In this document: positions 16,225 to 23,162 of the stretch, in pieces
How the letters are laid out: every line of letters begins with the position of its first letter
How positions within the stretch are numbered: the first letter of the stretch is position 1
From: Candidatus Saccharimonas aalborgensis
GTDB lineage: Bacteria; Patescibacteriota; Saccharimonadia; Saccharimonadales; Saccharimonadaceae
DNA length: 32,000 nucleotides
NCBI RefSeq assembly: GCF_000392435.1
Contig: NC_021219.1
Location: 240,001-272,000 of the forward strand
Direction: 5' to 3'
Notes under the pieces: generated by a model
What the model saw: only the letters and a program-made list of their open reading frames with translations
What the model was told of the DNA's origin: nothing
Database searches by the model: none
Translations under genes and position numbers: made by a program

Positions 16225-17037
16225 CTATGAAGTGATAGGCCAAGCCGTATCAGAGAGGTGAGAGGTAGTGGTGGGGGTGCGAGATGCACCCCCACCACAC
16301 CCCTGTCGGAAGACGGTGATCACCCGTGGCGATCCCTATCTTCCGCTATTCGGTTATTGCCCGCTTATACCGGTACGGGCCCCGGGTGCCGTTGTTCAGA
16401 CGGCGGCTGTTTGCCTCTGCGGCGAGGGGGACGCGAGTCCTTGAGTGGGGTCATCCGTCGCGGAGGAGCGCTTTTCTTTGCTCCTCGTTCCTCTTGGATG
16501 CGTGCACTCTACCCTACTTTCAGCCGAAGTGGTCGAACTACTTGGTGTTGACCACCCCGGTACATCGGGTGTTACAACCGGAAGATCGGATCATCCGGGG
16601 GTCCTCCTTTCGGGGGGCGGGTCGAGGCCAGCAGACTGGGATCGGTACAGGGGTACCGATCTAGCCGAAGCCTGCGGTCGCGGAGCTAGGCTCCTTGACC
16701 ACCGGCATTCGCCAACCCCATCGCTGGGTATTGGTGCGCGGCGTCGGGTGCGCGAGGCGGTCGCCGACCTGGAACATCCCGGTCAGGAGGCTGAATCCAA
16801 TCATCCAAAGCATGAGAGGAGAAATCTCACCTCCTTTCTTTTGTAAAGTGGCTAGTATCTCTTCTCTGTGGGGCCCGAAGTGCCCCAGTTGCTCAGGGGT
16901 GATGGTAGAACCCGGGAGCTACCAAGCGACATCGGATTTCACCGATCTCGCCTCGTAGCTCCCGAGTACAATACAGAACAATTTCTCTGATACGACTTGG
17001 TAAATGGCGTCTGCACGAGGGGTTTCCTCACAGAACA
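16204..17037 (-). ncRNA. unclassified large (~0.83 kb) GC-rich structured RNA
   Basis: It has its own perfect promoter and a terminator. No minus-strand ORF of 60 aa or more. A 17-bp helix pairs the ends (17000-16984 with 16256-16240), and its single non-Watson-Crick pair is G-U only on the minus-strand transcript. There are many perfect 7-13 bp internal hairpins. G+C is visibly above the flanks. Confidence 0.7.
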
Positions 17038-17043
17038 TGAATC

Positions 17044-17072
17044 ATTATAGCACTTAGTTGAATAAATGTCAA
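17044..17072 (-). promoter_or_regulatory. perfect consensus sigma70 promoter driving the large ncRNA
   Basis: Minus strand: TTGACA (17072-17067), exactly 17 nt of spacer, TATAAT (17049-17044). Predicted TSS near 17037. Confidence 0.8.
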
Positions 17073-17097
17073 TATGTTTTTGTTTTATTTTGTAAGA

Positions 17098-18390
17098 TTA
17101 CTGCTCTACCAGGGTAAACTGAGGCGAATCGCCAATCTGAATCATGCTGTCGCCTCTCGCACCCATACGCGCCAATTCGTGGCCGATACCAAGTCGTTTC
17201 ATGATATCACGGAGACGGTTGAGACTCTCGAATTGATCGTAATTGGTGCGGATAGCAAATTTTTCGATCTTTTCGCCGGTTACCCTATAAACACTGTTCT
17301 CGTCGTCATATTCCACTTTCCAGCGTGCAGACGCTGCGTGATCTGGGAGACTAATGACAACAGGTTGTTCAGGCTGATTCTCTTTTATTGGTTCATCGCT
17401 CTCACGGACTTGCTGGACTTTGACACGAAGTGCCCGTAAAACCTCAGTAATACCCTGGTGGGACTGAGAGGAAATCACAAAAATATCTGTCGAAGGAGAG
17501 ACCACCGTGCAGAGCGTATCTCGTTGCATGGCAATCATTTCATCGTCCAGACCCTCGCACTTTGTCAGGGCTATTACCTCAGGTCGGTTTACAAGTTCCG
17601 GACTATAACGCTCCAGTTCGTTTCGAATTGTTGTATAGGCGGCTGCCACGTCATCACTGTAGGCATCGATGAGATGCAGCAATACCGCCGTCCGCTCAAC
17701 ATGACGCAGGAACGCATCGCCGAGACCTTTTCCTTCGCTTGCGCCCTCGATCAAGCCAGGGATATCTGCGATCAGAATGCTTGTACCATCACTATCTGCC
17801 ACACCGAGATGGGGGGTCAAGGTCGTAAATGGGTAGTCGGCGATCTCAGGACGGGCATTGCTGACAACAGAGAGAAACGTCGATTTTCCTGCGTTTGGAA
17901 AGCCGACGAGGCCAACGTCTGCGAGTAGTTTTAGTTCAAGCTCAGCCACAAAACCTTCGCCCGGCTCACCAAGTTCAGCCATACGGGGAGTTTGGCGAGT
18001 CGATGATTTGAAGTGCGCGTTGCCAAAGCCACCCCCACCACCCTTAGCAATAATTGCCTCTTGGCCTGGATACGTCAGATCGGCGATTTCCACCCCCTCG
18101 CGCTTGACGAGCGTACCGACAGGCACCTTGACCAACAGATCAGTCCCCCATCGACCGGCCATTTTTTTCTTGCTACCATTGACGCCGTTTTCGGCCTTTA
18201 GCTCTGGCTTATAGCGAAAGTTAAGCAGGGTATTGAGCTGCTCTGTGGCAACAAAAACCACGTTACCACCTCGTCCCCCATCACCGCCATCTGGACCGCC
18301 CTTGTCAACATAAATCTCATGCCGAAAACTGACGGCACCATCGCCGCCTTTGCCTGCCTGTATTGTCACTGTTGCTGTATCGACAAACAT
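17098..18390 (-). CDS. obg: GTPase Obg/CgtA
   Basis: Gly-rich Obg fold (GKGGDGAVSFRHEIYVDKGGPDGGDGGRGG), G1 motif GFPNAGKST, C-terminal OCT-like domain. Confidence 0.97.
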   Translation of the reverse strand: MFVDTATVTIQAGKGGDGAVSFRHEIYVDKGGPDGGDGGRGGNVVFVATEQLNTLLNFRYKPELKAENGVNGSKKKMAGRWGTDLLVKVPVGTLVKREGVEIADLTYPGQEAIIAKGGGGGFGNAHFKSSTRQTPRMAELGEPGEGFVAELELKLLADVGLVGFPNAGKSTFLSVVSNARPEIADYPFTTLTPHLGVADSDGTSILIADIPGLIEGASEGKGLGDAFLRHVERTAVLLHLIDAYSDDVAAAYTTIRNELERYSPELVNRPEVIALTKCEGLDDEMIAMQRDTLCTVVSPSTDIFVISSQSHQGITEVLRALRVKVQQVRESDEPIKENQPEQPVVISLPDHAASARWKVEYDDENSVYRVTGEKIEKFAIRTNYDQFESLNRLRDIMKRLGIGHELARMGARGDSMIQIGDSPQFTLVEQ

Positions 18391-18400
18391 ATCTGTTACC

Positions 18401-18406
18401 AGTATA
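18401..18406 (-). promoter_or_regulatory. -10 box (TATACT) 10 nt upstream of the obg ATG
   Basis: The minus strand reads TATACT ggtaacagat ATG with no Shine-Dalgarno. Confidence 0.45.
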
Positions 18407-18410
18407 GCAA

Positions 18411-18440
18411 AACTGCCTCATTTTTGGCCGAGAGGCAGTT
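18411..18440 (-). terminator. hairpin terminator after the LysM-CHAP gene
   Basis: Perfect 9-bp stem AACTGCCTC/GAGGCAGTT (18411-18419 with 18432-18440) and a 12-nt loop. On the minus strand it runs into UUUUGCU. It lies 24 nt after the stop codon. Confidence 0.6.
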
Positions 18441-18463
18441 GTTTATTGTTTTGTTATTTAGCT

Positions 18464-19648
18464 CTAATGGATATATTTATACATACCGCTGGTTGCTTCA
18501 CCCCAGGAGATTATACCAAATCCAACACGATTCCAGCCGCCGCCCCAGCGATACCCGTTCATCTCCGAGATCGAGATCGATACCCCAGGTACAATACTTT
18601 CGACAATTGCAACGTGTCCGTAGCCGCCGCCGTTTGCCATCACCGCTCCCGGAGTAGGATTGCCGTCGACCAGATAGCTCGACGAGGCCGCGCTAGCCCA
18701 GGTGTTAGCATTGCCCCACATGCCGCCGACCGGGTTACCCAGCTGTAAACGACGTTCATAGGCGTAAAAGGTACACTGACCTGTACCGTATCTGTTGCCA
18801 GGGGAAGTACCTGCAGTCCAGTAGTAGGCGGTACCATTTGCTTGACCACCGCTATAGGTGGCGTAATTGTAGTTATAGGTAACAGCGCGTCGTGGTGCAA
18901 CGTAACCCGGCTGTTCTGTCGCCGGTAAATCACCACCGGGAATAAGAATACGTGAACCCACCACGGGAGTTCCGGTTACCTCAAGATCATTATAGGTGAT
19001 AAGCAGCTGTTTATCTGCCTTGTACTTCGCGGCAATACTATCAACTGTATCCCCAGACTTAACAGTGTACAAAATACCGTCAGTTGGCGGAATAGTAAGC
19101 GTTTTTCCAGGGGCAACAGCATCTGAAGTAAGATTATTCGCCCATTTCACCGTCTGAGCCGAGATATTGTATCGCTGGGCAATGGTAGGAATTGTGTCAC
19201 CTGTAATAGTTGTATACTGCTGAGGCGTGCGTCCGTCTGCTGTTGGCTGCACAATCTGTGGCTTGCTGATGGTATTGGTGTCAGTTTGAGCAAGCGTATT
19301 CTCGATCGACAGAGACTGAGAAAGGCTCAGCACATTGCCAGCAACCGGCAGCTCTGTTCTCTCTGCAATCGTCGCCCCTACACTTGTTGCCAACATAGAG
19401 TCGACCGTAGGCTGAGAAACATCATTGAGGGCGGTGTTGCCCGTCAAACCGCTTGTAGAAGCTAACGCCTGACGCTGTGGCGGCTGATACGTCATCGCTA
19501 CAACAGATACGATAAGTAAAAACACTCCCAGATAAGCTGAGAGCGACGAAAGCGAAAACGGAAAACGAGATGACGAACGGCGTTTTTCAGTCCGCGTCGT
19601 ATCAGATATCGGTGTAAGCACTCGGGCCTTGAATTGCTTCAGAGCCAT
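18464..19648 (-). CDS. secreted peptidoglycan hydrolase with 2 LysM domains and a C-terminal CHAP domain
   Basis: N-terminal TM/signal segment. LysM repeats (YTTITGDTIPTIAQRYNISAQTVKWANNL and YTVKSGDTVDSIAAKYKADKQLLITYNDL). CHAP Cys/His region (GQCTFYAYERR ... GYGHVAIVES). Confidence 0.9.
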   Translation of the reverse strand: MALKQFKARVLTPISDTTRTEKRRSSSRFPFSLSSLSAYLGVFLLIVSVVAMTYQPPQRQALASTSGLTGNTALNDVSQPTVDSMLATSVGATIAERTELPVAGNVLSLSQSLSIENTLAQTDTNTISKPQIVQPTADGRTPQQYTTITGDTIPTIAQRYNISAQTVKWANNLTSDAVAPGKTLTIPPTDGILYTVKSGDTVDSIAAKYKADKQLLITYNDLEVTGTPVVGSRILIPGGDLPATEQPGYVAPRRAVTYNYNYATYSGGQANGTAYYWTAGTSPGNRYGTGQCTFYAYERRLQLGNPVGGMWGNANTWASAASSSYLVDGNPTPGAVMANGGGYGHVAIVESIVPGVSISISEMNGYRWGGGWNRVGFGIISWGEATSGMYKYIH

Positions 19649-19761
19649 TCGTTGATTACGAATAACGATTCTCCTGTGAAACCATTGCTGGAATCACGTC
19701 TACCCCACTCTGTCTTTCTCCTCTCGCAAGGGAGGACTGGCGCGCGCGTGTCGACCGATGT

Positions 19762-19773
19762 TATCAATTGATA
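19762..19773. promoter_or_regulatory. perfect 12-bp palindrome TATCAATTGATA in the hydrolase leader, a possible operator
   Basis: The sequence equals its own reverse complement. It lies about 90-100 nt downstream of the predicted TSS. Confidence 0.3.
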
Positions 19774-19869
19774 TTAGTAAAATCTTTGCTTATTTCGGCG
19801 GCCGTTCGACATTTAAAGGTAAGCAGTACCGTGTTATACATCCGTACACTGGACGATACGTGCTCCACC

Positions 19870-19899
19870 ATTGTAGCAAGCCTGAGCATGATATGTCAA
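19870..19899 (-). promoter_or_regulatory. near-consensus sigma70 promoter for the LysM-CHAP hydrolase
   Basis: Minus strand: TTGACA (19899-19894), 18-nt spacer, TACAAT (19875-19870). This implies a ~215-nt 5' leader. Confidence 0.7.
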
Positions 19900-19905
19900 G
19901 GTCGC

Positions 19906-21141
19906 CTAAAGGGTGCTGCAGAGTTTTTGACAATGAGTTTGAATATTCGCTTCATGTTCAGATTGGGTTTTTGCAAAGTAAATTACGCCATCGTCTCCCG
20001 CCAGAAAGAAGAGGTCATCACCCTGTGCAGGGTCCGCCACTGCCTTTAGTGCGCCCAGTCCCGGTGACGCGATCGGTCCAGGAGGAAGTCCAGCGTGAAT
20101 ACGAGTATTATAGGGAGAATCGACATCAACGCTTGGTGGGATGCCTAACTTATCTGCCCCGTAGATAAACGTCACATCAGAGCCAAGTGTCATGCCAAGT
20201 TCCAAACGGCGATAAAACACCTGAGCGATACGTCGTTGGTTTTCTTGACAGGTTTTCAATGACGCCTCAGTAGTCTTATTTGAGCAACCAAGTTCCCGTT
20301 GAACAATTGACGCTAAGGTGATGGCTTGATAGAGCGTCAGACCGCGCGCTGTGTACTTATCGATCAATTTATTGGACTGGAGCTGGGAATATAATTCATC
20401 AAACGCAGTGCTAAGGACCGTCTCTGGCGAGGCATCTGTCGGCACATAATAGGTCTCTCCAAACACATAGCCCTCGAGTGAACTACCGGCCGGTTTACCT
20501 GCGAAAAGAGGCCCCTTTCTTGAAGCTTCAAGTGTCGCCGTTATCTGTTCGCGAGAAAAACCATATTTTATGAGCTGCGACGTAACATCTCTCCCGCTCG
20601 GACGGAATGTCGAAGCTGTGAGCGTTTCGCCTGGATAAAAGGTGATTACTTTGAAATCATTACACCCCTTTTGTAGCGTATCGACAATTTCCTGTACACT
20701 CTGGCGAGGAGCAAAGCGACAACTACCGGCCTTGAGTTCGCTACGTGTCAGCTTGATGTAGAGTGTGAACGCAAACTCATCGCGTATAAGATGCGCGCTT
20801 TTCAGCGTGCGAGCGATCTGTACCGAACTACTGCCCTGCTCAATCACAACCGATACGCGTCGGTCATCACTAGCGTCAACGGGTTTTAGTTGTTCATGGT
20901 ACCAGGCATAGGATGCCCCCGCCGTTGCTACAATGAAGCTGGCTGCAACGAGCCAAAGCCATTTTAGGCTTTTGCGGGAAGGTGCTGGACTTGCCTTCTG
21001 GCGTACGGGTGCACCGACAGATGATGGTGGACGGGAAGCCGAAACCACCGGACGCGGTAATTGTGCTAGTGTTGGTTGAGTTGGTGCAGGTTGGGGAGTG
21101 GTAGGAGAAGGCTTGCGCACAGGTCGTTTAAATCCGTCCAT
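19906..21141 (-). CDS. mltG: endolytic murein transglycosylase MltG (YceG-like)
   Basis: Pro-rich linker, TM segment, YceG signature SPYNTRIHAGLPPGPIASPG. Start set to ATG 21141, which has GGAG 9 nt upstream and overlaps ruvX by 14 nt. The track ORF starts at 21219. Confidence 0.9.
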   Translation of the reverse strand: MDGFKRPVRKPSPTTPQPAPTQPTLAQLPRPVVSASRPPSSVGAPVRQKASPAPSRKSLKWLWLVAASFIVATAGASYAWYHEQLKPVDASDDRRVSVVIEQGSSSVQIARTLKSAHLIRDEFAFTLYIKLTRSELKAGSCRFAPRQSVQEIVDTLQKGCNDFKVITFYPGETLTASTFRPSGRDVTSQLIKYGFSREQITATLEASRKGPLFAGKPAGSSLEGYVFGETYYVPTDASPETVLSTAFDELYSQLQSNKLIDKYTARGLTLYQAITLASIVQRELGCSNKTTEASLKTCQENQRRIAQVFYRRLELGMTLGSDVTFIYGADKLGIPPSVDVDSPYNTRIHAGLPPGPIASPGLGALKAVADPAQGDDLFFLAGDDGVIYFAKTQSEHEANIQTHCQKLCSTL

Positions 21142-21544
21142 ACTGTTGCTCCAAATAATCTTGCAATATGAGGCTCGCCGCGAGAGCATCGATATCACCC
21201 TTTTGATAGGGTTTGCCACGTGATCTCACTATCTCTTCAGCTTTAACACTTGTCAACGACTCATCCTGAAAGATCACCTCTTTTCCTATCGATTCGATTT
21301 TTTTTGCAAATGCTTCAACACTCTTGGTCTGCTGCGTTGTCTCTCCTGATTGATTGCGTGGGTAGCCGACAATGATCGTACTCACTTTTTCTTGGTTGAC
21401 GATACGTGTTATTTGCTCTAATTCGCTACCGTCGACCAAAAGTGTATCGTAGGCAATAGCAATACGAATGTTGCTCTGTGCGATCGCCACCCCTATGCGT
21501 TTCTCGCCGACATCGAGGGCAAGCAGGGTGGTGCTAGATGCCAT
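21128..21544 (-). CDS. ruvX: YqgF/RuvX Holliday-junction-resolvase-like nuclease (pre-16S rRNA nuclease)
   Basis: 138 aa. LLALDVGEKRIGVAIAQ N-terminus and typical RNase H-like YqgF layout. Confidence 0.9.
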   Translation of the reverse strand: MASSTTLLALDVGEKRIGVAIAQSNIRIAIAYDTLLVDGSELEQITRIVNQEKVSTIIVGYPRNQSGETTQQTKSVEAFAKKIESIGKEVIFQDESLTSVKAEEIVRSRGKPYQKGDIDALAASLILQDYLEQQYGRI

Positions 21545-23156
21545 TTACCTTAAACTCAACCTGTATACGCCTGGTGTCATTTGGGGCTTGGTTTACCCAA
21601 AACGGCGAAAACTTGATATCAGCACTCTCGATGCCGTTGACTGCCTGGACGCGCGATTGAATCTCACCGTATTTCCTGCCCTTTGCAAACTCTTTGATGG
21701 CGTTTTCATCAATTCTTGGGCCCACCTTACCATTCGTTGAGATAGATGCGGTGAAATTACCGTTATCGACCGCATTGACATTTGTGAGTGACAGCGCAGC
21801 AAGGCCATTGTCATATACTTTCTGGTCTGTTTTGCCATCGATTTGCTGTGCAAAATAGGCATCGAGATACTTTGTGGCCTCACTCTTGGAGATAGCGGTC
21901 AGAGAATATCCCACACTCCCAGCCAATGCACCCTTACCATCGGGAGCCTCGGCTCCGACAGCGGGACTCGCTTTTACCGCAGCAGCATCTGTTTTGAATG
22001 AACTTTCGACGATAATATAATCGCTCCCGAAGTCACTGACCAGTTGTTTCTTTGCTTCATCACCGGTCGAAGACTGTGTCACCTGACCCTGTACGGCATC
22101 GATATCGCTCTGCTGTACGGCAGTGACAGTTTTGTCGGTACCGCCAGAAGTAGCGCCACTAAAGGTAGCCGTCATCCCTGAACCCGATAGGCTGCCAGTG
22201 GCGGCATTGTACTTGGTGCCGCTTTCGGCAGCGGTCACACTACCCGTAGCGGTTCCGGCACAAGCAGTCGGGAAACATCCTGGACCAAAGGTGCTCGCAG
22301 GAACACTCACCGCTGTATCAGTAACAAAGATAAGCCCTCCCGTGCTGGTTAATTGTGTTCCAGCCGGGATGGTTGTTGCACTCAACGACTGATGCGAGAA
22401 CTTAACGCTTCCTATGGCCTTATCACCGACGTCCTTCTTGCCTGTCGCTGTAAACGGTATCGAAATATCTTTTTTGAGAGTCTTGGTCTCGGCTTTTATG
22501 GTTCCGGCTTTTAGATCAGTGCCTGCTGTCGCCGTCAGTGTTACGCGGCTATTCAATGCCGTATCAGTAGTGCGAGCGGTGATAATAACACGCGCCGATG
22601 GAGCAAAGATGATCGCCCAGACCAAAAAAAGTATGAGTGCTGCGACGCAGCCAATGATAAGAAATAATTTTTTGCGAAATCTATCGAAATTTGGCACTTT
22701 TGAGGCTGACTGTCTGACGACTGGGGTATCCTCTTTTTCGTCACCATCGGGCAAGGTTGCGGCCACCGCTGCCGCGCCGACACCACCTGCGACAGGTGTT
22801 GCTGATGTTGGAGCTTTCTCAGATAGCACTTCAGTCCCATCGATGATATCCTCGCCATCGTCAATCTCAAGCACGGGTATCTCGGGCATTTCTGGCTTAC
22901 TTTGGAGATTTTTTGCTACTGGGATACCGGCGTTGCTCGCGAGCGCTACCAGCGCCGCGTTATTGGAAATAATAACAAGATGTTTGCCTTCGTGTGTTGC
23001 CGCACGCTGAACGAGTTTGAGGTTGACTGCACTCTGAATCGCCCCCACTCTTTTTGGAGGAACAAGCGCGACAACCTTTTGTTTTGCCGCCTTTACTTTG
23101 CCGATGATGGCAGTAATATCATCTTCGACATCAATATAAAGTACGTCTTTTTGCAT
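21534..23156 (-). CDS. bitopic membrane protein: ~90-aa cytoplasmic N-domain, one TM segment, large Thr/Ala/Gly-rich extracytoplasmic domain
   Basis: 540-aa ORF tightly packed between ftsA (6-nt gap) and ruvX (11-nt overlap). TM segment LFLIIGCVAALILFLVWAIIFAP. No catalytic motif recognised. Confidence 0.8.
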   Translation of the reverse strand: MQKDVLYIDVEDDITAIIGKVKAAKQKVVALVPPKRVGAIQSAVNLKLVQRAATHEGKHLVIISNNAALVALASNAGIPVAKNLQSKPEMPEIPVLEIDDGEDIIDGTEVLSEKAPTSATPVAGGVGAAAVAATLPDGDEKEDTPVVRQSASKVPNFDRFRKKLFLIIGCVAALILFLVWAIIFAPSARVIITARTTDTALNSRVTLTATAGTDLKAGTIKAETKTLKKDISIPFTATGKKDVGDKAIGSVKFSHQSLSATTIPAGTQLTSTGGLIFVTDTAVSVPASTFGPGCFPTACAGTATGSVTAAESGTKYNAATGSLSGSGMTATFSGATSGGTDKTVTAVQQSDIDAVQGQVTQSSTGDEAKKQLVSDFGSDYIIVESSFKTDAAAVKASPAVGAEAPDGKGALAGSVGYSLTAISKSEATKYLDAYFAQQIDGKTDQKVYDNGLAALSLTNVNAVDNGNFTASISTNGKVGPRIDENAIKEFAKGRKYGEIQSRVQAVNGIESADIKFSPFWVNQAPNDTRRIQVEFKVNGI

Positions 23157-23162
23157 TCTAAC

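Noticed and set aside
16661-16813. A 50-codon minus-strand ORF (MLWMIGFSLLTGMFQ...) downstream of the strong GGAGG inside the large RNA
   Set aside because: - The AUG is 16 nt from the GGAGG, which is outside normal spacing.
- The ORF runs straight through several strong helices, including the perfect 9-bp hairpin.
- After the first 14 residues the composition looks like GC-rich noise.

I keep it only as a low-probability dual-function possibility.
16258-16958. Four overlapping plus-strand ORFs (97, 112, 133 and 87 aa) covering the GC-rich region
   Set aside because: They occupy all three frames and overlap one another. Their translations are Arg/Gly/Pro/Ser-rich nonsense with no start context. 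Long spurious ORFs are expected in GC-rich non-coding sequence. The promoter, terminator and G-U evidence point to a minus-strand RNA instead.
16204-17037. Attempts to identify the large RNA as RNase P RNA, tmRNA, SRP RNA, 6S RNA or an rRNA fragment
   Set aside because: - Plus-strand TAGAACCCGGGAGCTA (16906-16921) resembles the RNase P ACAGAACCCGGCUUA string, but the partner GAGGAAAGUCC is absent and it lies on the non-promoter strand.
- Minus-strand GGCUGAAAGUAGGGUAGAGUGCAC loosely resembles both an RNase P specificity-domain string and two unrelated 23S strings, so it is not diagnostic.
- There is no tRNA-like 3' end (T-loop plus ACCA), no tag reading frame ending in Ala-Ala, and no SRP GGAA/AGCA motif.
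- The length is about twice that of RNase P RNA or tmRNA.
19649-19905. Calling the hydrolase leader a ydaO-type c-di-AMP riboswitch
   Set aside because: Only short, out-of-order resemblances to the motifs I remember (GGGGUGAAUC, CCGAACCCG...CGUAAGC). The characteristic pseudo-two-fold architecture is not evident. It is reported as an unclassified leader instead.
19758-20168. A 136-aa plus-strand ORF spanning the hydrolase leader and the 3' end of mltG
   Set aside because: It lies antisense to mltG for most of its length and has no ribosome-binding context. The region is better explained as the promoter and leader of the minus-strand hydrolase gene.
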